Of a DNA stretch of 41,432 nucleotides, positions 8,725-17,243 are shown in pieces (the first letter of the stretch is position 1; the number at the start of each line of letters is the position of its first letter). The stretch lies in the IMG/VR virus record IMGVR_UViG_2563366824_000008; one strand, written 5' to 3'. The notes beneath the pieces were generated by a model. That model worked only from the letters and a program-made list of their open reading frames with translations. It was not told where the DNA came from and did no database searches. The position numbers were made by a program, and so were the translations under genes. The DNA comes from a virus (taxonomy: Duplodnaviria; Heunggongvirae; Uroviricota; Caudoviricetes).

Positions 8725-8816
8725 CCCGCAGCGCAGGCTTTTTTGTGGACGAAACAAAAGTCAGTGCTACACTCATTGACGCCACATTGAGGTGGCTTAT
8801 AGATGGAAATTTCACA

Positions 8817-8978
8817 ATGAAAAAAGCATTTGCTGCACTGTTCGTTTTGTTGTCTCTGGTAGCTTCAACTCAGGCCTTTGCCGGTCGTTGTCAGCACGAC
8901 AGCGATACTGCTGCAGACGGCTCCCGCTGCGGTGGGCGTTCTGCGGATTCCCGCCCGGGCGGCGGTGGCATTCGTTAA
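8817..8978 (+). CDS. small secreted Cys/Gly-rich peptide
   Basis: Internal Met of ORF 8712..8978 begins a classic signal peptide MKKAFAALFVLLSLVASTQAFA; about 31-aa mature part; weak RBS. Confidence 0.4.
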   Translation: MKKAFAALFVLLSLVASTQAFAGRCQHDSDTAADGSRCGGRSADSRPGGGGIR

Positions 8979-8984
8979 AAAAAC

Positions 8985-9000
8985 AAGGCCGCGAAAGCGG
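8985..9000 (+). terminator. GNRA-loop hairpin ending the plus-strand insert
   Basis: GGCCGC-GAAA-GCGGCC perfect hairpin just after the 8978 stop; followed by the GTGACATGTCAC palindrome rather than a T-run. Confidence 0.35.
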
Positions 9001-9003
9001 CCT

Positions 9004-9015
9004 GTGACATGTCAC
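9004..9015. repeat. 12-bp perfect palindrome GTGACATGTCAC, copy 1 of 3
   Basis: Exact 12-mer also at 26499..26510 and 28764..28775; each copy sits just past the stop of a minus-strand gene. Confidence 0.8.
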
Positions 9016-9018
9016 GAC

Positions 9019-9432
9019 TTATAAAGATGACTGATATTTTACAACTCTGTTCATGGCATCTTTTTTCACCGAGCTGATATCAGTTCTTATTTTGGCTTCG
9101 TCATTACTGCTTATCATGCTATTAATTTTTTGCACTGACATGCCGTTTCTTTCAGCCATTGCACATACAGCAGCATCGTATGAAGAACTCGCTGCGATGG
9201 ATATCACCTTGTTACACTCAAACACAGCACCTTCAGCAATATCAGATGCCGATGAGGCTGGCTTGGTATAAGTCTTGACGTAGTGATCAATACAACTATC
9301 CTTCGCCGTCTTGGCAAGAGAAAAATCCATTTTAACTTTGTCGCAATATGCCTTATCAACACCGTCATAAACATCATAGGATGTCGAGCAAGCGGATATC
9401 AAAAATACCGATAACAGCAATAATTCCTTCAT
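9019..9432 (-). CDS. phage lipoprotein of unknown function
   Basis: 137 aa; signal peptide with lipobox LISACS; last gene of the virion operon before the plus-strand insert. Confidence 0.55.
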   Translation of the reverse strand: MKELLLLSVFLISACSTSYDVYDGVDKAYCDKVKMDFSLAKTAKDSCIDHYVKTYTKPASSASDIAEGAVFECNKVISIAASSSYDAAVCAMAERNGMSVQKINSMISSNDEAKIRTDISSVKKDAMNRVVKYQSSL

Positions 9433-9441
9433 TGTTGTTCC

Positions 9442-11916
9442 TTATTGCGGAGTGACATCCTGAGGTCGCCACCAGTATGTCTGGTTAAACTCTTTCTTTG
9501 AACGTTGCTCCATTTTACGCAAATAGCCTGGTGAAAAATACTCCTGCATCTGGTTAAAGATCATGTGATCGAGAGCCGCCTTCAAGTACCAGAGATTCGC
9601 ACCAGGCATCAAACCTTTCCCAAGCTTAACCAAATCACCACCAGTCTGCTCATTCTTCCCTTCCACAGCATTTAACGGTATGCCCTGAGCAATCTTCACT
9701 ACGTCATCAACCAGACCAGCTACCGGGCCAAGCATCGACGCTAGTGCGCCGCTCCCGTACCTGGTGTGGTCAGAGAAAAGAAAATCACCATACAACCCTG
9801 CCCCACCACCTTTTAAAAATGCATTTATCCAGAATTTAACCATGTTGTCACCGGTCATTTCTTTTGGATTTCTCCCATTAATAAGATCAGTAATCTGCAT
9901 GGAAAGAGCACCAAGCATGGTTGTGCTTGCTAAAAACGTTGCTATATATACCGCACGCCCACCAGCAGACGGCATCCCCATAGCTCTATGCCAGTGACGC
10001 ATAACTACCGAGATAGGGAACGATTTAAACAGGAAAACACTTCTCGTTAATTCACCTTTCCATGTTCCACGCTGAAGACCAGACCCTACGAACATCTGTT
10101 CACGTGCGCCCGGTGTAATAACAGCCATATCAACTTCTTCAGTTACGGCACCGAGCAGTTTACGCATTGCCTCAAATTTCACACGTTCAGGCTCACCAAG
10201 ATGTTTAACTGCTGAATCAGGGATACGCATAATGCTTTCCGGTGTCAGCATCGTATTATTACCGTTCCCCCAGTCCTCCTGTTGCGCCAGCTTCCATACG
10301 CTCCAGTCTTTGTCAGTAATCCCTTTGCTTTTCAGGATACGAAAATCAGAGTCATCGAGGCTACGAAGGTCTGGTGTCCGTGACACAACTTCTCCCAGGC
10401 TTCCCATCATGGTTACGCCATAAGCGCGCTTGTGAGCATCTGACCATGCTGTAAGCCCACTGGCACGCATTACCGCCGTTGCCGCCCAACGAGACACAGA
10501 CGGCCCCATATTATCCATCGCCCAGCGGTTAACGCTGCCAAGTAGAGATTCCATCGCCAGACCAGCGCGGCGCGCCCGCGCAAGCTCAGTACGGTTCGTT
10601 GGGTCCATAGCTTCAAGCTGGTTGCGGAATAACTGGTTCATTGGAAGGTTGGTAACCTTCGCAGACAGATATATGGTTCCAAGATCAGAGAACGATGACA
10701 GCAACGCGGATCCGAGCCTGCTGGCAACCAGCCAGTTTCTGATATTGTCAGACCAGCGCGCGATGTGAGGATTCGCAACAGGCTGTGTCTTTCCGGAAAT
10801 AAAGTTGTACAGGTTCTCTGTTTTGTTCGCCAGCCGCTCGACGCTACCGGTTTTACTCGGGTTAGCTGTTGCCGTTTCTGCCTTCACCTGATCAAGAAGG
10901 GAACGGAAAACATGATCGGGGTTTGGACCATATGTTTCCACCAGAGCAATATCTTTACTGATACCTTCCAGGTGACCAACCATGATTTCCCATAGAGAGC
11001 GATCACCATAAAGTTGCTGATATTGCAGATAGGAATCTGCATCTTTGAAATGTATCTGTCGTGATGCATTACCACGGTTAGCACGTGCGCCGGAAATTCG
11101 CATTCCGGTATCAGTAAGCTTATTCAGCCCACCAGTAGCGATCGTGTTATAAGCCTCTCCAAGAAATTCAGATAACTCGGCATCGTTCATCAGTTGTCCA
11201 TCGGCTCGGGTATAATATTTGCGATCCAGCTTACCTATAACATCGCTAACCCACTTATCCTTTGATACCGCCCCAACCTTTTCCATAGAATGATGTTGAG
11301 GGATCCCCCAGTTTTCGAGATAGCCAATGTCCCCACCAGCATCATTAAACCGGCGGCGCAGCAGCTCTGTAACTTCTCTCCACGCCTTAGCACCTTTTCT
11401 TGCTTTAGCATTGCCAGTATTTTGCCCCCGCATTTCATATACCAGGTCACGTACGCCCGCTTCATCTTCAAACAGACCAAAAAAGCGAGGATCAACTGCT
11501 TCGAATGCCTCCTGCAATTGACTCAATGCATAATCACGAGTGGCTTTTGTTCTGGACTCAACAGAGAGGAAATTCGATTTACCGTCTGCATTAAAAGCAA
11601 TAGTACGGTTAAGAGCGCCAAGTTTCCCATCAGCCCCTTGATAGCTATTGATAAATTTATCCAATCTCTGACGTGCGGCTATAGTGAGGGCCACACGACG
11701 TTTCTTTAATGCCGCTTCTCGCTGTAATTCTTCAGATGCCAATTGTGCTGCACGATATAGCCGCTCTGATTCGGAAAGTTGTCTCCACGACATCGGGTCA
11801 TCACGAGCAATGGAGCGCATATTTCGATAAATGCGGTCTTCAATGTTCTGTATTTCTCGCGCCGTTAACGTGCGCTGCGCCGCCTGCTGGACCGCTTGTA
11901 TACATTCCTGTCTCAT
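9442..11916 (-). CDS. large virion internal/ejection protein (T7 gp16-like position)
   Basis: 824 aa; tightly packed in the virion operon after two other large internal proteins; assigned by position and size only. Confidence 0.5.
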   Translation of the reverse strand: MRQECIQAVQQAAQRTLTAREIQNIEDRIYRNMRSIARDDPMSWRQLSESERLYRAAQLASEELQREAALKKRRVALTIAARQRLDKFINSYQGADGKLGALNRTIAFNADGKSNFLSVESRTKATRDYALSQLQEAFEAVDPRFFGLFEDEAGVRDLVYEMRGQNTGNAKARKGAKAWREVTELLRRRFNDAGGDIGYLENWGIPQHHSMEKVGAVSKDKWVSDVIGKLDRKYYTRADGQLMNDAELSEFLGEAYNTIATGGLNKLTDTGMRISGARANRGNASRQIHFKDADSYLQYQQLYGDRSLWEIMVGHLEGISKDIALVETYGPNPDHVFRSLLDQVKAETATANPSKTGSVERLANKTENLYNFISGKTQPVANPHIARWSDNIRNWLVASRLGSALLSSFSDLGTIYLSAKVTNLPMNQLFRNQLEAMDPTNRTELARARRAGLAMESLLGSVNRWAMDNMGPSVSRWAATAVMRASGLTAWSDAHKRAYGVTMMGSLGEVVSRTPDLRSLDDSDFRILKSKGITDKDWSVWKLAQQEDWGNGNNTMLTPESIMRIPDSAVKHLGEPERVKFEAMRKLLGAVTEEVDMAVITPGAREQMFVGSGLQRGTWKGELTRSVFLFKSFPISVVMRHWHRAMGMPSAGGRAVYIATFLASTTMLGALSMQITDLINGRNPKEMTGDNMVKFWINAFLKGGGAGLYGDFLFSDHTRYGSGALASMLGPVAGLVDDVVKIAQGIPLNAVEGKNEQTGGDLVKLGKGLMPGANLWYLKAALDHMIFNQMQEYFSPGYLRKMEQRSKKEFNQTYWWRPQDVTPQ

Positions 11917-11921
11917 TTAAT

Positions 11922-13724
11922 TTAACCTCTCAAGAAACACGCCACAGCGACATCAAACAGGCTTGAATCCTGTATTGCCTGCTCACTTTCCCTGTTCGCT
12001 TCATCCAGTACTTCACGCGCGCTGCGCGATTGTGGATTACCATCATCATCCAGCACGGTGATTATCATGTCAGGTGATTCAAGCAGCGAGTCTTCAGCTA
12101 TGCGCAGATCAATATCTCCCGCCTGATCCGCCATCATTTTTTGTTCTGCCTGTTGCAATATTTTATCAGGCTCAAAAGGAGCTACTTCGTCTGGCGTCCT
12201 GACCTCTGCTGTTTTATAGAATGAAACAGCCTGAGCATTAAGTTCACTTTCTGCCTGCTGTCTCCGAGCCAGTTCTGCTCGAGCTTCAAAAAACTGACCG
12301 CCAGGCTCGTGCGGTGCCAACGCGTTACGGGAAAATTCTAGGCGTTCTTGTGCCTGCCGGATTCGTTGATCAATATCGCGAAGTCTGGCCTGTTTATCTG
12401 ATCGAGCACGAGACAAAGCTTTACCGCTACCGGTTGGATCTTCTGCAAGAATTTGTGCACGCTGTTCAGTGAGATTTTCAATAATTCGTTGGCTATTAGC
12501 GATTTCAGACTGGTAAACCTGTCTATCTCCACGCGGCAAAAGCTGCGCGGCCTGTTCTTCAAGCAACCGATTTTCTATAGCGCGCGCCGTTACTCCATCA
12601 TCTACAGATGACAGAGCCTCATTAACTGCCTGAGACAGCAGACTCTTGCGCCCAGGAATTTCACTGAAAGATGCAGACTCAACAATGCTGGCAACGTCTA
12701 CAGGTCTCCCTTGGCTAACATCAGACATAGCTTTTCGCAGAGCCTGAATGTGAGAATTGCGCGAAAGCACGTTGATAGACACGCCTGGCGCAATATCAAT
12801 TTCAGCATGATGAGCGGCATTCGCCGCCAGTGCAGCATCGATATCAACTGGTGAAAAATTTGGTGCGTTTATAGACTCGCCGCGAGAGTTAATAAATCTG
12901 CCTACACCACCAAACGCCACCCCAAGAACAGCATCAATAGCAATTGCCTGTCGATCCAACACATCATACTGGTTAGCCATTTCGCTATAGCCACCATCAC
13001 GAAGCGTTTTTGCAGTAAGCCCACGCTGTGCCATACCAAACGCAATATTTGTACCTGCGGCATAGGCAATATCTGGCGTTGCACGTACTGCTGTTGCTGC
13101 GGCGCGTCGCACTGAACTCTCACCCGTCCGCGCAAGCTGAGCCGCCACACCTTCCGCCAGCGCACCACCAGCACGTAACCCGAGGCTCATAGGGATCAGT
13201 GTTCCGGCACCAGCAGTAATGCCCTGCACTAATCCCGCTTCCTGCGCCGTCCTGAAATCAACACCCTGTGCTGTCAGCCGTTCAAACTCAGAAAAACCCT
13301 GTAGCGAAGTTACCGCCGCTGCACCTCCGACAGGACCACCGAGCGTTGTACCGACAACAGCCTGCCCGCCCATATCGAACAACCCATAAAGAACCTGCCC
13401 GGCGGTTCCGGTTGTCGCGGCATCAGGCGTCAGCCGCTTAACCTGCTGCTCTGCTAGTTTTCTCTGCTCAGCAATGTATGAAACTGAAGTGTCATTGAGC
13501 GAGGTGTTTTCGTTAACAAACTGAGCAATCGGGGATACGATTTTATCCATCCCTGCCCATAGCAACTGATCTGGCTTTGCCACCAGTCCGGAGTACAAAC
13601 CAGACAATGCCGCTCCTACAGCATTGTCGAAAAAACCAACATCGCTGTTAAAGCCAGCTGGATTTGATGCTGCTTCGTCAAGCTGCTGATTCTGGTTTAC
13701 TGGATTAAGGCCAAAGTAACTCAT
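11922..13724 (-). CDS. virion internal/ejection protein, Gly/Ala-rich
   Basis: 600 aa; Gly/Ala-rich segments; 4-nt overlap with the upstream gene. Confidence 0.5.
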   Translation of the reverse strand: MSYFGLNPVNQNQQLDEAASNPAGFNSDVGFFDNAVGAALSGLYSGLVAKPDQLLWAGMDKIVSPIAQFVNENTSLNDTSVSYIAEQRKLAEQQVKRLTPDAATTGTAGQVLYGLFDMGGQAVVGTTLGGPVGGAAAVTSLQGFSEFERLTAQGVDFRTAQEAGLVQGITAGAGTLIPMSLGLRAGGALAEGVAAQLARTGESSVRRAAATAVRATPDIAYAAGTNIAFGMAQRGLTAKTLRDGGYSEMANQYDVLDRQAIAIDAVLGVAFGGVGRFINSRGESINAPNFSPVDIDAALAANAAHHAEIDIAPGVSINVLSRNSHIQALRKAMSDVSQGRPVDVASIVESASFSEIPGRKSLLSQAVNEALSSVDDGVTARAIENRLLEEQAAQLLPRGDRQVYQSEIANSQRIIENLTEQRAQILAEDPTGSGKALSRARSDKQARLRDIDQRIRQAQERLEFSRNALAPHEPGGQFFEARAELARRQQAESELNAQAVSFYKTAEVRTPDEVAPFEPDKILQQAEQKMMADQAGDIDLRIAEDSLLESPDMIITVLDDDGNPQSRSAREVLDEANRESEQAIQDSSLFDVAVACFLRG

Positions 13725-16234
13725 TGCGGAATATCTCCGGAGAATCTCTGACGCTTCTGTGTCAGATTAAGAACAACGGGAGAACCATCATCTTTCAGCA
13801 GATAACCAGTACCAAGTTTCACCAGGTACTGACTATCGCCGTAACTTTGCAAACCATACTGACCAGGCGGTGTTTTTATCCCGGAGCCGACAACTTGTTC
13901 ATTCCAAGCCTGATTAACCTGCTTATCGAATTGCTCTGCAGACATTCCCCACGGCAAAAGGACATTCCCCATTCCGTTATAGTCATGCACTCCACCTGTA
14001 GCTACGTTAACAGCCTGTTTCCAGACATCATTGTCAATTTCGCCTGATACCACGCCTTTTTTCGCCATCACACCAGCGTAATAATCCTTTGCGATCTCGT
14101 ATGCCATTGATGCCCCCTGAACGTCACCAGCAAATGCATCCTTCACCATGTCAGAAAACTCAAGGCGAAGATCAGCATCTTTAGGCATCGGAATACCTTT
14201 CGCATCATCAGTACCTTTACGAGCCGCCGCGCCAGCAAGAATTGTCTGCGCAGCGGTTTCAGGAGACACGGAAACATCCGGATTAAACCAGTTTTTTTCT
14301 GCCAAAATACCACCAGGCTTATCCATCAGTATCCCGGCAACGGCAGCAGATGGAGCGTTGGCACTGATCTGCTGTAGTGCTGACATATACACCTGCCCAC
14401 CACCAGTGCTCTGCCTGATGGTATCGAGATATGCTGCCTGTTGGGAAACTGGAGCATCACGAAAGAAAACACCGATCTGATTGGCCTCGTCTTTGGAAAA
14501 GAACGTCAGTGGAGTGCCATATGACTTAGCAAGGTCACTGACCTGAGCGGCACGCAAGGCAACGCTCTGTCCAAAGTTATCCTTATTGCTCATGTCGATA
14601 GGCTTTGCCTGTCCTGAGGCAAGAGAGAACTGCACAGGATCCGACTGCCGCTGCTTTATCACCTGATTTGCAGCCGAAACAACGTTGTCATAAAGAGCTG
14701 CGCGAGACGCATAACCCTCCCCTGTCTCACCAGTATCCGGGCGTAATTGCTCAACATATGCTGTAATGCTGCTTGTCGGCATGTTGCGGAAAGAGCCTAT
14801 ATACTGTCCGGCGATCTGCGTATTCTTAAAATCGGTATATCGCAGGTTTCCTTCTCTGACTCCATAAGCTGCAATAAAATCAGCCTCACCAGGTGGGTTA
14901 GGAAATTCAACGCCACGCATATACGCAGCCGTCGCATCGCGAACCTGGCTGTCAATCATCGTTTTATATTCAGCCTGCTGCTGCCGACGCAGTTGATCCG
15001 CCTGCCGCATAAAACTTGCCTGAGCCTCAGGAGATGCCGCATCGAATGCTGCATTACCGGTATAGCGTTTGGTGTTGGTTGGAATTGTTGATAAACCAAG
15101 TGCTGCACTGACACCAGCAGTTAACTGCTGATCACTGTATGGCTGGCTACCGTTCTCATGATGGATAATGGCTGCACAAAGCGCCTTCAGGGTATCAGGA
15201 TTAGATGCATCGAGAGGCTCATCAGCAGAAACGCCAAGTTGTTCGCACACTGCTTTGATATACGACATAGTGTCATTTTTATCAGCAGGCGGTGCCCAGC
15301 GATTAATTATCTCGCTGACGGTATCAATACCCTGCCTCTGATACGACATCAGGTTCCGCCCTAATGCACGAATCCCGTGTTCAGGTGTTTCGAATTTAGC
15401 AAATCGACCATCATCACCGGTCTGGCCTACCCACGGATTAGTTTTGCTGTATTCGAGATTTCCTGGGTTATTGTTGCGTATGCCACGGGCACGCTCGGAA
15501 GAGTCACTATCTGCTACAGCACGGCGAGCTCCAGCAGCAGTATCACTTAACTCGCCATTACTTTGGATGAATGCGGTCGCATTGTTTGCCGACCACTGGG
15601 ACAATGCAGCATCAGCAACCTTCTCTTTAAACTCGATTTTCTTGGCCTGGATTTGCTCGTTGCTCCAGCCATGTGCAACACCGTACTCCTCAATTTGCTG
15701 GAAAGTTTGCTTGTTAGCCAATACGTATGCGGCGTTGTCGCCATACAATGCTGCGGCATTTTTACCATTGTTCAGCAGTGTCGCCTGAAACTGGCCTTCT
15801 TCGTAGGCATTAATTTGCCCTATCTCGTGTCGCCCGGCCTGCGTAGTGAACTGAATGCGCTGCTGCTGCGCCTGCTGCATGAAAGCATTACGAGCCTGTT
15901 CATCCGGCAGCGACATAGCCAGTTGTTCGACCTGAGCATCAAACTGCTGCGTATACTCATGGCCTTTTCCAATAGCATTTTTCCCTTTCAGGTTAAGCAA
16001 TCCTGTTTCAGGATTATTCAGCAGATCGCTGCTTATCTGACTGAGGTTAAGAGATGCCTCCTGAGCCAGAGCGATATTGGCACGCTGTTTTGCCTGCCCC
16101 AAAACATCAATTGCCTTTGTCCCTGCCCGAACAAAAGCATCACCAATACCTTGCTGAGAAAACGTCTGCAAGCCTGCTGACTGAACTCCACGACTCTCAA
16201 CCTGACGTCCGGATACTGTTGGTACGACTGGCAT
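13721..16234 (-). CDS. large virion internal protein with a conserved RNNNPGN-containing domain
   Basis: Start set at the internal ATG with RBS GGAGG (ORF 13721..16309), abutting the stop of the upstream gene; 838 aa; function of the motif region not established. Confidence 0.5.
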   Translation of the reverse strand: MPVVPTVSGRQVESRGVQSAGLQTFSQQGIGDAFVRAGTKAIDVLGQAKQRANIALAQEASLNLSQISSDLLNNPETGLLNLKGKNAIGKGHEYTQQFDAQVEQLAMSLPDEQARNAFMQQAQQQRIQFTTQAGRHEIGQINAYEEGQFQATLLNNGKNAAALYGDNAAYVLANKQTFQQIEEYGVAHGWSNEQIQAKKIEFKEKVADAALSQWSANNATAFIQSNGELSDTAAGARRAVADSDSSERARGIRNNNPGNLEYSKTNPWVGQTGDDGRFAKFETPEHGIRALGRNLMSYQRQGIDTVSEIINRWAPPADKNDTMSYIKAVCEQLGVSADEPLDASNPDTLKALCAAIIHHENGSQPYSDQQLTAGVSAALGLSTIPTNTKRYTGNAAFDAASPEAQASFMRQADQLRRQQQAEYKTMIDSQVRDATAAYMRGVEFPNPPGEADFIAAYGVREGNLRYTDFKNTQIAGQYIGSFRNMPTSSITAYVEQLRPDTGETGEGYASRAALYDNVVSAANQVIKQRQSDPVQFSLASGQAKPIDMSNKDNFGQSVALRAAQVSDLAKSYGTPLTFFSKDEANQIGVFFRDAPVSQQAAYLDTIRQSTGGGQVYMSALQQISANAPSAAVAGILMDKPGGILAEKNWFNPDVSVSPETAAQTILAGAAARKGTDDAKGIPMPKDADLRLEFSDMVKDAFAGDVQGASMAYEIAKDYYAGVMAKKGVVSGEIDNDVWKQAVNVATGGVHDYNGMGNVLLPWGMSAEQFDKQVNQAWNEQVVGSGIKTPPGQYGLQSYGDSQYLVKLGTGYLLKDDGSPVVLNLTQKRQRFSGDIPQ

Positions 16235-16779
16235 TATAATCCTCCGGGTAATCTGGTTCCTGCTGCTGCCCCGATTGGCGCAGGAGTGCTTTGAGTAAAC
16301 GGACTCCACGTCCCACCAAACATCTGGTACGCACCGTATGCCTTCAGAGGCGCAGTGAGCAATGTTGTTGCTGCTCCCACATTCCCCTGTTTACGGGCTG
16401 AACTGGCTTCTGCTTTATAGTTGGCAGCCTGAACCTGATAACCGTAAGCCTCGCGTTGCGCGTTATTCACCGTCGTCAGCGAATCAAGAGCGCCAAACTG
16501 GGCAGTGTCGCCAAATATATCCAGCGCGTTACCTGTAGATAAATCAGCGCCGGTAGCCCCCATTGTCGCCGCCTGTGTACCAAGCCGCTGTCGGGTCTCT
16601 CTGCGTCGTTGCTCAGCTTCAGCGTTACCTCTGTTTATTGCATCATTTGCCTGAGCTGTGGCTATATCTGCGTTCGCTTCTGCAACCTTCGAGGCATACT
16701 TTCCCTGTTGGTACTGGGTGTATGCCTGAATGCCACTCATGGCGAGCATTGCGCCACCAGCAATAACCGGATCGCACAT
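16234..16779 (-). CDS. virion internal protein (gp14-like position)
   Basis: 181 aa, Ala/Gly/Gln-rich; assigned by position. Confidence 0.45.
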   Translation of the reverse strand: MCDPVIAGGAMLAMSGIQAYTQYQQGKYASKVAEANADIATAQANDAINRGNAEAEQRRRETRQRLGTQAATMGATGADLSTGNALDIFGDTAQFGALDSLTTVNNAQREAYGYQVQAANYKAEASSARKQGNVGAATTLLTAPLKAYGAYQMFGGTWSPFTQSTPAPIGAAAGTRLPGGL

Positions 16780-17243
16780 TATTTTCTCTCCATGTGAAAT
16801 CTGTGGAAATTAAGACCAAGAGCACCATAAGGCGCGGCTTCTTCAAGCCTGAATCCAAGCCAGTGCAGCCATGCTTTGGCAACATGGTTTCGCTCGTCGA
16901 CGTAGTTTTCCAGGCGCGGATAAACTGCCAGCATCTGCTGCAATACAGGGCGGCAGTGGCGCAGAAATGTCTTCTGATATTTTTCAATACGGCTGGTTCC
17001 TACCAGCCATGGCGTACCATTGCCACCGATCATTGACGCCGGAGATACACCAAACATGGTTACCAGTTCTCCGTTCGCGAACCCTGACCAGGCCATAGTC
17101 GCAGTGCGAAGACCAACGCGCAGCGCATCTTCGGTAGTCATCAGCGATACCGCATACAGTTCGTCAATATCAGCCTGACGAACATCCGGCAAAATCATCT
17201 GAAGATGCTCTTCGGTAGCGGGAATAATTTGAACATCGATCAT
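16779..17243 (-). CDS. virion protein (gp13-like position)
   Basis: 154 aa; 1-nt overlap with both neighbours. Confidence 0.45.
   Translation of the reverse strand: MIDVQIIPATEEHLQMILPDVRQADIDELYAVSLMTTEDALRVGLRTATMAWSGFANGELVTMFGVSPASMIGGNGTPWLVGTSRIEKYQKTFLRHCRPVLQQMLAVYPRLENYVDERNHVAKAWLHWLGFRLEEAAPYGALGLNFHRFHMERK

Noticed and set aside
9004-9015. GTGACATGTCAC as a CRP or LexA binding site
   Set aside because: Half-site spacing (2-bp centre) does not fit CRP (TGTGA-N6-TCACA) or LexA (CTGT-N8-ACAG).
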